Counted from the first letter of the stretch, positions 41,254 to 50,706 are shown. The stretch: DNA of 64,000 nt from Candidatus Falkowbacteria bacterium (GCA_003514005.1 DOSJ01000006.1:2281-66280); one strand, 5' to 3'. Numbers and translations are program-made. Notes: generated from the sequence alone by a model not told the origin.

Positions 41254-41628
41254 ATATCCCCTTGGCAGTGATACTCTTTATCTTCATAACCATTTCAGAA
41301 ACAGACATATTGGGAATTCCCTGCACCAAGAAATGTACATGATTTTCATCCGCCCCAATCTCAACAAAATTCATTTCATAGCATATGCCAATTTCAGAAC
41401 AAATGTCACGCAAAGTAATCTCAACTTCTTTTGTCAAAACAAAACGCCGATATTTCACCGGAAATACTATATGATACAATAACAATGTTTTATTATGTCT
41501 TTTGAATACATGTTTATCATCTGTCATGAATACATTATATATGTAATCCACGGTCTTGAAAACCTACGGTTTTCAAACTTTCCCTCCTTATGGTAACCCC
41601 GGGGCAGAGCCCCGAGGAATTCTTTCGA
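41024..41628 (-). mobile_element. IS200-like element (IS200/IS605 family, tnpA only), 605 bp
   Basis: identical 22-nt hairpins ACCCCGGGGCAGAGCCCCGAGG at 41031-41052 and 41596-41617; TTTAA next to the left end; no target duplication; removal restores the host ORF. Confidence 0.88.
41081..41551 (-). CDS. tnpA: IS200/IS605 Y1 HUH transposase
   Basis: YHIVFPVKYRR, NHVH (HUH), LW..GYY, YIEKQ. Confidence 0.95.
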   Translation of the reverse strand: MDYIYNVFMTDDKHVFKRHNKTLLLYHIVFPVKYRRFVLTKEVEITLRDICSEIGICYEMNFVEIGADENHVHFLVQGIPNMSVSEMVMKIKSITAKGIFKKHPEIKKILWGGSLWTSGYYANTVGQYGNEAMIRSYIEKQSSNYVRIHEGQLKFF

Positions 41629-41799
41629 TTAAAAAAATACAATATTAAAAATTACAAAAAATTAATAAAAAAAGAATTTAGACAACCCCTAGAAATATTA
41701 AAAAATGCTATTGTTTACGTTTTCTTAATAGTGTAGCATGGGTGTAATATGTGTGTAATTACACTCGTATTACTTTTTATATCATTTAATTCGATACCC

Positions 41800-41828
41800 T
41801 TGACCGATTTAATTATTTTAGATAGAAT
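41800..41828 (+). promoter_or_regulatory. tRNA promoter
   Basis: TTGACC-N17-TAGAAT. Confidence 0.55.
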
Positions 41829-41856
41829 AATTAAAGTGATATTAAAAAAAACAATT

Positions 41857-41929
41857 GCCGGTGTAACTCAGTTGGTAGAGTAGTGGTTTTGTAAACCATT
41901 TGTCGGGGGTTCGAGTCCTCTCGCCGGCT
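41857..41929 (+). tRNA. tRNA-Thr(UGU), CCA not encoded
   Basis: acceptor GCCGGTG/CGCCGGC, D-arm CTCAGTTGGTAGAG, anticodon loop TT-TGT-AA, T-loop GTTCGAG. Confidence 0.95.
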
Positions 41930-41938
41930 CATATTTTA

Positions 41939-41965
41939 AAAAGACTGCCTTTTAGCAGTCTTTTT
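41939..41965 (+). terminator. terminator after the tRNA
   Basis: AAAAGACTGC...GCAGTCTTTTT. Confidence 0.75.
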
Positions 41966-42019
41966 AATTTTGATTTATTAGATAATTCTGCAGATAAATA
42001 GTAAACATTGTTTTTCTCT

Positions 42020-42188
42020 TGTCATTCCCGTACCCCTCCGGGCATAAACTCCGGCGGGAATCCAGGGGGAAAAGCGCTTAATGTTCTAAACTAGTATAAT
42101 TGATTATGATATTCGAATTATTTACCCCTGGATTCCCGATCATTTAATATCTATTCTCTGCCGAGGGCAAGGAGTGTCGGGAATGACA
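42020..42188. repeat. REP/dRS3-like doublet (arm C plus arm B)
   Basis: 42021-42062 is the exact reverse complement of 27811-27852; right arm GATTCCCGATCATTTAATATC...GGAGTGTCGGGAATGACA matches 18953-19010 inverted. Confidence 0.85.
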
Positions 42189-42292
42189 AAATATTTTACA
42201 CATAAAATTGTCAAAAAAATTATATTTTGAATTATTATTAAAATAATGATATAATAATATCAGATAATTGATGATAATAATAGGAAAAAATA

Positions 42293-43336
42293 ATGGAAAT
42301 AGAACCATATTTCAAGTCAGCTATTGAAAATAATGCCTCTGATTTGCATTTGGTAGAGGGGAGTATTCCGGCGCTAAGAGTTTCTGGAGAATTGATAAAA
42401 TTTAATGAAAATCCCATACCTTTTGGCGAATTAAGGCATGCTATAAATTTGAAAATAGATAAAAACACCAGAGAACGATTTGAAAGAAAACGTGATTTGG
42501 ATTTATCCATGGTTTTTTTTAAAAACCGTTTTCGCGTAAACCTGCATTTTCAAGATGGCAAAATCGGCTTGACAGCCAGACTTGTACCGATTCAAATCCC
42601 GACACCAAAAGATATCAGACTAACGGAGACAATCTATGCCTTGACGCATCTGAAAGACGGGTTAATCCTTGTAACCGGTGCTTCCGGAACCGGAAAATCA
42701 ACAACACTGGCCGTAATGCTGGATATTATCAATACGGAACGGCGTTCGCACATTATCACTATTGAGGATCCGATTGAATATGATTTTCAAGACAAACAAA
42801 GTATAGTCGAGCAAAGACAGCTTGGCAGAGATACCTCTAGCTTTGCTGACGCGTTAAAATACGCTCTTCGCCAAGACCCGAACGTGATCATGGTTGGCGA
42901 GATGCGCGACCTTGATACTATATCCGCGGCTTTGACTGCGGCTAAAACCGGTCATTTGGTTTTATCAACACTGCACACCGCGACTGCCGCTGAAACTGTT
43001 GAACGCATTGTCGATTTTTTTCCTTCACAGAACCAGGGCTTGATAACTGGACAGCTTTCAACCGTACTTAGGGCGGTGATTTCCCAACAGCTGTTGCCGA
43101 AAAAAGACGGCGGATTAATCGCCGCCCGTGAAATATTAATCAATAATCGAGCTATTGCAAACCTGATCCGCAATAATCAAGTATCGCAAATCGGCAATGC
43201 TATCCAGACCGGGGGACAAGAAGGCATGATTACCATGAACAAGGCGATTGATAATTTGTTTCAAGAAGGACTTATCACGGAACAAGTAGCGCGAAATCGT
43301 AAGCGCGACCTAGAAACACAAGCTGCTTATTATTAA
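42293..43336 (+). CDS. pilT: type IV pilus retraction ATPase PilT/PilU family
   Basis: GASGTGKSTT, TIEDPIEY, LRQDP.VIMVGEMRD, GHLVLSTLHT, AIANLIR. Confidence 0.9.
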   Translation: MEIEPYFKSAIENNASDLHLVEGSIPALRVSGELIKFNENPIPFGELRHAINLKIDKNTRERFERKRDLDLSMVFFKNRFRVNLHFQDGKIGLTARLVPIQIPTPKDIRLTETIYALTHLKDGLILVTGASGTGKSTTLAVMLDIINTERRSHIITIEDPIEYDFQDKQSIVEQRQLGRDTSSFADALKYALRQDPNVIMVGEMRDLDTISAALTAAKTGHLVLSTLHTATAAETVERIVDFFPSQNQGLITGQLSTVLRAVISQQLLPKKDGGLIAAREILINNRAIANLIRNNQVSQIGNAIQTGGQEGMITMNKAIDNLFQEGLITEQVARNRKRDLETQAAYY

Positions 43337-43346
43337 TAATAAAAAT

Positions 43347-43676
43347 ATGATGCCAGAAAAATGGGTAAGCGTAATCGGAAACATCAAAGACAATTTCAAG
43401 GTCAAAGATGAAGGAAAGTTTCATAGCGACGAAGAAGGGGGAACAGATATTGAATTTATCGAATTTGACGGACCGCTTGGCCTAATGCGTTTGGAGTTTA
43501 TCAGCCGCCCGGTAATCTTGGACAAAAAAACCATATACTCAAATCGTATCGGCTCTGAGACAAAGATTGATTATGTTTATAGCCCTGACGAGAAAAGCCA
43601 TATCCTGGTCGTTTATAAATGGGACGAATCACAAAATGATTGGTTGGAAATGGATGATAACAATTTGTTTAATTAA
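43347..43676 (+). CDS. hypothetical protein
   Basis: 109-aa ORF in a co-oriented operon. Confidence 0.7.
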   Translation: MMPEKWVSVIGNIKDNFKVKDEGKFHSDEEGGTDIEFIEFDGPLGLMRLEFISRPVILDKKTIYSNRIGSETKIDYVYSPDEKSHILVVYKWDESQNDWLEMDDNNLFN

Positions 43677-43705
43677 TTTTAACTTTGATTTAATTAAATA
43701 ATAAT

Positions 43706-44164
43706 ATGTTAAAAAATTCAAAATTATTAATTATTTTAACGTCTTCAATGTCACTTGTGTTGATTGCGCTTTTGGTAAACACAAAAATAATTCGTGTAAG
43801 AGAAGGTGCAAATGAACAAATAGTAATTGAAACAAAACCGGTGATTGAGAAAAAAGTGTTAAGCCCGGAAGATATCAAAAATTTAAAATTAAAGTATGAT
43901 CAAGAATTGCTCGCAGTAACGAACGAATATGATAGGATTATTAATCTTGAGCCCGAATCCGGAAAAAAAGAAGAGTTGGAAAAATTGCGAGAAAGGATGC
44001 TTGATCTGGTTATTCCGGAAGAATATAAAAAGACCCACCTTGAGCTAGTTTTGATTTTTACCAAAATCAACGATATTTTAAATGAAGAAAAAAAAGACAT
44101 TGATGAAGCAGAGATACTTTTAGCCAGAGTCAAAGAAAAATACAAAACACTTGAAAAAACATAG
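43706..44164 (+). CDS. hypothetical membrane-anchored helical protein
   Basis: N-terminal TM, charged helical remainder. Confidence 0.65.
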   Translation: MLKNSKLLIILTSSMSLVLIALLVNTKIIRVREGANEQIVIETKPVIEKKVLSPEDIKNLKLKYDQELLAVTNEYDRIINLEPESGKKEELEKLRERMLDLVIPEEYKKTHLELVLIFTKINDILNEEKKDIDEAEILLARVKEKYKTLEKT

Positions 44165-44176
44165 CCGAAAAAAGAT

Positions 44177-44938
44177 ATGCGCTATAATAAATTTTTACCG
44201 TTATTTATTCCCTTGCTCACGTTCATTCTGCTTGAGTTTTTTTATTTTAGGCCCAGAATGATTTACGTCGTACTTGTAATTTTGATTTTATTATATTTTT
44301 TTACTTTCCGGCAGTTTATCAAAGCCAGCAAAAAAAAAGAAAATATTTGGAATTACTTGATATTGCCCGCGCTATTTTTAATTAGCTCAAGCGGATTTTC
44401 CGTTTTGATGCCAAGCAAATTTTTAGTACAGTCCTTATTTATTGTAGTTTTTCTTTTTTTAAATATTTATTTTCGCACAACATATTATTATTTTTTGAAA
44501 CCGGAAAAATACCAAAAAAATTCATTAGAAAATTTATCATCATATGGAAGCTTTCTTTCTGTCTATTTTGCTGCATCCGGCATTTATGGGCTCCAGTCTT
44601 TTTTGGGAATGAATACGTGTCTATTGATGCTGATTTTGCTGTTTTTTATAAGCGCGATTGTTTATCAGGTTTTCTTGACAAATAGCATTTTGACAAAATC
44701 CGGCATTTTGTTTATTATAATCCTACCGTTAACATATCTGGAAATTGCCTGGTCAATATCATTTTTATCGCTTAGCTATTATATTCTAGGCTTAATAATG
44801 GCCGTATGCTATTATATTGCTATCGGCTTGGTCAGATTTTATCTGATCGGTAAACTGGATGCGCAAATAATCAAACTTTATTTAATTTTTGGATTTTTAA
44901 GCATATTTTCCGTGTTGTTTACATCGCGGTGGGTATAA
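44177..44938 (+). CDS. polytopic membrane protein
   Basis: 253 aa, about 8 TM segments. Confidence 0.7.
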   Translation: MRYNKFLPLFIPLLTFILLEFFYFRPRMIYVVLVILILLYFFTFRQFIKASKKKENIWNYLILPALFLISSSGFSVLMPSKFLVQSLFIVVFLFLNIYFRTTYYYFLKPEKYQKNSLENLSSYGSFLSVYFAASGIYGLQSFLGMNTCLLMLILLFFISAIVYQVFLTNSILTKSGILFIIILPLTYLEIAWSISFLSLSYYILGLIMAVCYYIAIGLVRFYLIGKLDAQIIKLYLIFGFLSIFSVLFTSRWV

Positions 44939-44943
44939 ATATT

Positions 44944-46122
44944 ATGAAAAATTTTAATAATCGGATAATTGTAATAGCTATTTTGGCAACTGTTTTTGGA
45001 ACCTTGAGTGGGGTTGTCGGCACTATCATCACACGCGTTTATCTTTTGGAGGACATTTTTAATCTGCCACTACTTGGCGATATAAATCTGAGCGGGGGTA
45101 TTGATAATAATTCCGGCTTGATCATACGAAATGCCAAAAAAATCGTGATTGAACAAAACGACAAGGTTGACGAAACTGTCAATAATGTTAAAAGCGGGAT
45201 TATCGGTATCTATGAAAAAATCGATAAAATTAATGTTGACTCAAAAAAAACACCAGCCGCTTTTATTCCCAGCGATTACTACGATTCAAAAGGTGAAAAA
45301 GGACAAGGATTCATTGTTACAAGTGATGGCTGGGTCGTGTCAAATTTTATTCCCGATTCTTACAAAAACGAATCAGCCACCGGTACCAAGGAGGCGATAT
45401 TTAAAAAATATGTTGTCGTGTCCAGCGATAAAAAAATTCACCAAGTAAAAAATATTATCATTGACCCATTGGGTAAATACGCATTTTGGCAAATAGTCGC
45501 AAGCGATTTGCCGGTAAAAAGATTTGTGAATCAGGAAGACCTAAAAAACGGACAATTGATTGTCGCCACGAACTGGGACGGCGAGGTTTTGCTTTCCTCA
45601 ATTATTTCCAAGACTGAAAACGACAACGAGTTAATACGGTCAAGCGATAATTTTTTTGCCGTTATCGAGATTGCTGAAAAAAGTGGCAGTGATTTTTTGG
45701 AAGGATTTATTTTTAACTTAAATAGTGAAATTATCGGTGTAATTAATAGCGACGGTCAGGCGGAACTTGTATCCAATCTTATTCCCTGCATGAGCTGTAT
45801 TTTCAAAACCGGAAAAATTGCTTATCCAAAATTCGGTGCTAATTACATTGATTTATCAAGAATGTTTGATTCCGAAAAAAATAACATTGGAAAAGGTGCA
45901 TTGATTTTTCCCAACAAAAGCGGAATAGCGGTTGTTAAGGGCGGATCTGCGGGCATAGCTGGACTTAAAGAAGGAGATATTATTCTCAAAATTAATAATA
46001 CTGAACTAAATTCAGATACCAGCTTGTCATCACAAATAAACAAATATCTTCCCGGCGACGAATTGACTGTTGAATATATTCGCGATAATAAAACCGCAAC
46101 TGTGAATGTAGTTTTAAAATAA
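44944..46122 (+). CDS. HtrA/S1C-like protease fold plus PDZ, catalytic residues apparently lost
   Basis: GQGFIVTSDGWVVSN, FNLNSEIIGV, AGLKEGDIILKIN PDZ. Confidence 0.75.
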   Translation: MKNFNNRIIVIAILATVFGTLSGVVGTIITRVYLLEDIFNLPLLGDINLSGGIDNNSGLIIRNAKKIVIEQNDKVDETVNNVKSGIIGIYEKIDKINVDSKKTPAAFIPSDYYDSKGEKGQGFIVTSDGWVVSNFIPDSYKNESATGTKEAIFKKYVVVSSDKKIHQVKNIIIDPLGKYAFWQIVASDLPVKRFVNQEDLKNGQLIVATNWDGEVLLSSIISKTENDNELIRSSDNFFAVIEIAEKSGSDFLEGFIFNLNSEIIGVINSDGQAELVSNLIPCMSCIFKTGKIAYPKFGANYIDLSRMFDSEKNNIGKGALIFPNKSGIAVVKGGSAGIAGLKEGDIILKINNTELNSDTSLSSQINKYLPGDELTVEYIRDNKTATVNVVLK

Positions 46123-46353
46123 GGTTCTACGATATTAAGTGTGATATTTTTTTGTCATTTCGTAGCGGAGCGGAGAAATCCCTTAAAGATGGAAATTTCG
46201 CTAACCATATTTATTCTAAATACAACGTATAAGGGATTCCTTCAGTCGCTATCGCTCCTTGCGGAATGACAAAAGACAATCAATTGATTATCGCAATTAT
46301 TATACTAAACTAACAATTGACTTTAGGTTTTGCAATACTCTTATTATAGAGCC
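46123..46353. mobile_element. MITE with 8-bp target duplication (IS1595-like) carrying a divergent REP doublet
   Basis: ends GGTTCTACGATA / TATTATAGAGCC; TAAAATAA on both flanks (46115-46122, 46354-46361); TGTCATTTCG...CGGAATGACA at 46153-46271. Confidence 0.6.
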
Positions 46354-46457
46354 TAAAATAATTGACCGAAATCAAGATTAAAGGTAAAATAATATATATA
46401 AATTTAGATAAACTCGAAGCTTAGCTAGCTTATTGATAGCTAAGCTTCTTTAAAAGA

Positions 46458-48242
46458 ATGGCTAATATTAGAAATTTCTGCATAATTGCACATATTGATC
46501 ACGGAAAATCAACTTTGGCTGACCGCATGCTGGAATTAACCGGTACTATTGATAAGCGAAAAATGAAAAATCAAATATTGGATCAGATGGATATCGAACG
46601 AGAACGGGGGATAACCATCAAACTCCAGCCGGTTACAATGGATTTTAAAGGCTACACCTTGAATCTAATAGATACACCCGGCCATGTTGATTTTAATTAT
46701 GAGGTCTCGCGAAGCCTGGCCGCGGTTGAGGGTGCAGTGCTATTAGTTGACGCCACACAGGGAATACAGGCACAAACTTTGGCAAATCTTTATTTGGCAA
46801 TTGAACAAAATCTAACCATTATTCCAGTGGCAAACAAAGTTGATTTGCCTGCCGCAGACAAGGAAAAAACCAAACGGGAAATAATAGAACTTTTGGGTTG
46901 CAAAGAAGATGAGATAATCTTTGCTTCCGGAAAAACCGGGGAAGGAGTCGAAAACATTTTGCAAGCCGTAATTGAAAAAGTTCCAGCGCCTTTAATTGCC
47001 GAAAAAGATGAAAAAGCCAGAGCATTGATATTTGATTCCAACTATGATGAATACAAGGGCGTGGTCGCCTATATCCGCGTTATGGAAGGCGCGATAAAAA
47101 AAGGCGACAGAATAAAATTACTTGCTACAGGCGCGACCAGCGAGGCATTGGATGTTGGAATATTCAAGCCAGCCTATCTTTCCACCAATGAGCTTGAAAA
47201 AGGCAAGATCGGCTATATCATAACCGGATTCAAGGACGTAAGTGAATGCCGTGTTGGCGATACAGTTGTTTTGGAAAAGAATTCTGATCAATTAAAGCCA
47301 CTCAAGGGCTATACCGAAGTAAAGCCTATGGTTTTTGCCGGCGTATTTCCCAAAGAAGGTAATGAATACCAAGAACTGCGCGAAGCCATCAACCGCCTCA
47401 AGCTTAACGATGCCGCCTTGATATACGAGCCGGAGCATTCACATGCCCTTGGCTTTGGTTTTCGTTGTGGTTTCCTTGGGATATTGCATTTAGAGATTTT
47501 TCAAGAAAGGCTAAGGCGTGAATTCAATATCGAATTAATCGTTACATTACCGAGCGTAGCTTATCAAGTTTATCTCAAGAACGGCGAAAGCTTTATCATG
47601 CGCACGCCCCAGCAATTTCCGGAAAGAGAAAAGATCGAAATGATCGAAGAGCCTTGGGTGATACTGGATATTATTACTCCAAAAGAATTTGTTGGAAATA
47701 TTATGAATCTTGCCCAAGAAAAAAGAGGGATTTATAAAAACACGGAATACATAGACGAATCGCGCGCGATTTTGCATTATGAAATACCGATGAGCACAAT
47801 TCTAACCGATTTTTATGACAAGATAAAAAGCGTCAGCTCCGGCTATGCTTCTATCAACTATGAATTCTCCGGCTACAAAGAGGCACAGGTGATAAAAATG
47901 GATATTCTGGTTGCTGAAGAAATAGTAGAGGCATTATCCACAATCGTATACGAAGACGATGCTCATCGCCGCGGAAAAGAAATCGTAACAATCCTAAAAG
48001 ACAGCATGCCAAAACAAATGTTTGTGCTCAAGCTTCAAGCAACCATCGGCGGCAAAATCATTGCGAGCGAAAAAGTTTCCGCGATGCGCAAGGACGTAAC
48101 CGCCAAGCTCTACGGCGGAGATGTTACGCGCAAACGAAAATTATTAGAAAAACAAAAAAAGGGAAAAAAGAAAATGATGGCGGCCGGCAAAGGCAGTGTT
48201 GATATCCCCAGTGATACTTTTGTTAAATTATTAAAAAAATAA
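46458..48242 (+). CDS. lepA: elongation factor 4
   Basis: IRNFCIIAHIDHGKSTLADR, GFRCGFLG, KDVTAKLYGGDVTRKRKLLEKQK. Confidence 0.97.
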   Translation: MANIRNFCIIAHIDHGKSTLADRMLELTGTIDKRKMKNQILDQMDIERERGITIKLQPVTMDFKGYTLNLIDTPGHVDFNYEVSRSLAAVEGAVLLVDATQGIQAQTLANLYLAIEQNLTIIPVANKVDLPAADKEKTKREIIELLGCKEDEIIFASGKTGEGVENILQAVIEKVPAPLIAEKDEKARALIFDSNYDEYKGVVAYIRVMEGAIKKGDRIKLLATGATSEALDVGIFKPAYLSTNELEKGKIGYIITGFKDVSECRVGDTVVLEKNSDQLKPLKGYTEVKPMVFAGVFPKEGNEYQELREAINRLKLNDAALIYEPEHSHALGFGFRCGFLGILHLEIFQERLRREFNIELIVTLPSVAYQVYLKNGESFIMRTPQQFPEREKIEMIEEPWVILDIITPKEFVGNIMNLAQEKRGIYKNTEYIDESRAILHYEIPMSTILTDFYDKIKSVSSGYASINYEFSGYKEAQVIKMDILVAEEIVEALSTIVYEDDAHRRGKEIVTILKDSMPKQMFVLKLQATIGGKIIASEKVSAMRKDVTAKLYGGDVTRKRKLLEKQKKGKKKMMAAGKGSVDIPSDTFVKLLKK

Positions 48243-48244
48243 GT

Positions 48245-48343
48245 ATGAAAAAAAAATTAGTAATCAAAATCGTCTGGACAGCTCTTAGCGTCATGATCAT
48301 CTTTACTATGGTTCTATGGATGATTGGAGCGGCATTCATGTAA
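48245..48343 (+). CDS. 32-aa single-TM small protein (below the ORF-track cutoff)
   Basis: MKKKLVIKIVWTALSVMIIFTMVLWMIGAAFM, starts 2 nt after the lepA stop. Confidence 0.55.
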   Translation: MKKKLVIKIVWTALSVMIIFTMVLWMIGAAFM

Positions 48344-48362
48344 AACAAGATAAATCGTATTT

Positions 48363-48452
48363 CTTCGTTAATTTCGTATTTTTTCGTTTTTTTCGTGTCT
48401 TTGTTAAAAACAGAGACACTAAAAAAACGAAAATATACGAATAAAACGAAAA
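48363..48452. repeat. palindromic TTCG/CGAA periodic element, copy 2
   Basis: TTCG with C at 48366, 48375, 48385, 48394; core GTGTCTTTGTTAAAAACAGAGACAC; CGAA at 48428, 48438, 48447. Confidence 0.75.
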
Positions 48453-48478
48453 TAGCTAACTCTCATAAAATTCAAATA

Positions 48479-50242
48479 ATGCATAGAGATGAAAAAAAAT
48501 GGCAAATATTGCCTGAAATAACACCTGAATTGATATTGGGGTATCCGGAATATTCAAAATTGGTTTTACAACTTTTGTTTAATCGCAACATCCTGGATAA
48601 AGACAAGATAAAAGAATTTTTGGAAGGAAGCTTTGAAAAAGGCTTGCATGATCCTTTTTTATTTTCTTCCATGGATGATGCCGTAAGCTTGATCATCAAA
48701 CATATCAAAAATGGCAACAAGATTACGATTTACGGCGATTACGATGCTGACGGCGTAACTTCATCCGCTATTTTGGTCGAGCTTTTGCGGATATTCAAGG
48801 CCGATGTCGGCGTATATATTCCTCACCGCATTAACGAGGGTTACGGCGTTAATAAAAGCGCGATTGATTTTATTATTGAAAATGGCACAAAACTTATCAT
48901 CACTGTTGATAACGGCATAAGGAGCAAAGCGGAAGTCGAATACGCGAAAGAAAAAGGCATGGATGTAATCGTTACCGATCACCATGTTCCGCCAAATGAG
49001 CTTAGCGATTACCCGGATTGTCTCATCATAAACCCGAGCATGCCTGCGGAAAAATATCCTGACAAAAACTTATCTGGCGCCGGAGTTGCTTTTAAATTGG
49101 CGAGTGCTTTGGTAGTTCGTTCGACTTTGGACGAAAAACAAAAACAAGCGCTAATTCGGCAAATGCTGGATATTGCCGCGATTGGCACAGTTGCCGACTG
49201 CGTGAGCCTAGTCGGTGAAAATCGCATAATCGTTAAAGAGGGCTTGTCTGCATTGGACAAGACTAAGCGTCTGGGGCTTTTGGAGCTTTTTAAAGTCGCG
49301 AAAATCAATCTGGAAAAAAACATGGATTCTTGGAATATCGGGTTTCAGATTGCGCCACGTTTAAACGCCGCGGGAAGAATGGACCATGCCAATACCTCGT
49401 ACCAGCTTTTGGTAACCAAAAACGAAATTGAAGCCAAGTGGCTGGCCGAAGAACTGAATGGCAGTAATCAGCGCCGACAAGCGAATACCGAAGAAATTTT
49501 CGAAGAGGTTTTACTTCAAGTTGATCCGGAAAAAGACGTGATGCTGGTCGGTATTTACAATTTTAAAAATAATAAAGCCAAAGAAGAAGCGGTTTGGAAC
49601 GAAGGCGTAATCGGGCTTGTTGCCGGAAGAATTTCCAATAAACATTACCGTCCCTGCCTTGTAATAACCGAAACCGATGAAGGCTACAAAGGTTCAGGAC
49701 GGAGCATTCCCGGCTTCAATCTTATCAAAGCGATTGAAAAATGTTCGAATCTGTTGGAAAAATACGGTGGCCATCCGGCAGCTTGCGGATTCAGTTTGAA
49801 AAATAAAAATATCGGCAAATTTATCGAGAGAATTAAATCAATTACCAAGACCGAATTGGCGTCGGAAAATTTACAACCTTTGATTCGAATCGAGTCTGTT
49901 CTGCGCTTAAAAGAAGCGGATTCTGATTTACTTGCGGAAGTAAAAAGGTTTGAGCCGTTCGGCCAAGCAAATGATAAGCCGATATTCGCGAGCTATAAAG
50001 TTCAGATTATCGATATTATGCCAATGGGTTTTGACGGCCAGCATGTCAAACTAAAATTAAAACAGGATGACTCCGGATTAATCAATGCCCTTGGTTTTGG
50101 GCAAGCGGACAGGTGGAAAGATTTGCGGATCCATCATAACATAGATATTGCCTACCACCTTGAATTGAATACATTCAATGGCCGAACGGAAACACAGTTA
50201 AAAATAATCGATATAAAAATTAATGATGTTAGAAAAAGTTAA
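48479..50242 (+). CDS. recJ: single-stranded DNA exonuclease RecJ
   Basis: YGDYDADG, TVDNG, TDHH, PRLNAAGR, GSGRS, GGHPAACG; start moved to ATG 48479 because the upstream frame is a repeat. Confidence 0.95.
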   Translation: MHRDEKKWQILPEITPELILGYPEYSKLVLQLLFNRNILDKDKIKEFLEGSFEKGLHDPFLFSSMDDAVSLIIKHIKNGNKITIYGDYDADGVTSSAILVELLRIFKADVGVYIPHRINEGYGVNKSAIDFIIENGTKLIITVDNGIRSKAEVEYAKEKGMDVIVTDHHVPPNELSDYPDCLIINPSMPAEKYPDKNLSGAGVAFKLASALVVRSTLDEKQKQALIRQMLDIAAIGTVADCVSLVGENRIIVKEGLSALDKTKRLGLLELFKVAKINLEKNMDSWNIGFQIAPRLNAAGRMDHANTSYQLLVTKNEIEAKWLAEELNGSNQRRQANTEEIFEEVLLQVDPEKDVMLVGIYNFKNNKAKEEAVWNEGVIGLVAGRISNKHYRPCLVITETDEGYKGSGRSIPGFNLIKAIEKCSNLLEKYGGHPAACGFSLKNKNIGKFIERIKSITKTELASENLQPLIRIESVLRLKEADSDLLAEVKRFEPFGQANDKPIFASYKVQIIDIMPMGFDGQHVKLKLKQDDSGLINALGFGQADRWKDLRIHHNIDIAYHLELNTFNGRTETQLKIIDIKINDVRKS

Positions 50243-50633
50243 AATTTTTACCGATGGCGGCGCTCGTGGCAATCCCGGTCCATCCGGAATCGGCGTTGTT
50301 GTTTATGATACAAACGATAATATCTTGAAACAAAAATCGGAATTTATCGGCAAAGCAACCAATAACCAGGCGGAGTATCGCGCGGTGATAGCGGCTTTTG
50401 AGTTGCTTGACCCCAAAACAACCAGAGAGATAGATTTTTATCTGGACAGCGAACTAGTGGTTAAGCAATTAAAAGGGGAGTATCGGGTAAAAAATGCCGA
50501 TTTAGCGCCGCTTTTCGTCAAAGTGCATAACCAGATTATACTTTATAAAAAAGTAACATTCAGACATATTCGCCGCGAGATGAATAAGGAAGCGGATCGG
50601 TTGGCAAATATTGCTATGGATGCCGGCAAATAA
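50223..50633 (+). CDS. rnhA: ribonuclease HI (archaeal/actinobacterial type)
   Basis: TDGGARGNPGP, TNNQAEY, DSELVV.Q, N.EADRLAN. Confidence 0.9.
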   Translation: MMLEKVKIFTDGGARGNPGPSGIGVVVYDTNDNILKQKSEFIGKATNNQAEYRAVIAAFELLDPKTTREIDFYLDSELVVKQLKGEYRVKNADLAPLFVKVHNQIILYKKVTFRHIRREMNKEADRLANIAMDAGK

Positions 50634-50706
50634 ATTAGCCGCGTATGTTTTTTTAAAAAAATAAAAATTGCTTATCATTAAGCAATTCTAAAAAATATAA
50701 ATCTAC

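Noticed and set aside
41081..41551. TnpA as a RAYT for the REP doublets, or part of a TnpB/omegaRNA system
   Set aside because: It has its own unrelated terminal hairpins and a plain IS200 layout; there is no tnpB or room for one in 605 bp.
37266..41929. Classical tRNA-integrated island with att duplication
   Set aside because: No integrase and no duplicated tRNA fragment found by eye; the accessory genes lie 5' of the tRNA.
1383..46271. GTCATTCCCGC...GGGAAT repeats as a CRISPR array
   Set aside because: Copies are dispersed inverted doublets, not direct repeats with regular spacers, and there are no cas genes.
48395..48478. N-terminal extension of RecJ in the ORF track
   Set aside because: It is the CGAA periodic repeat read in frame from a GTG; ATG 48479 is the more plausible start.
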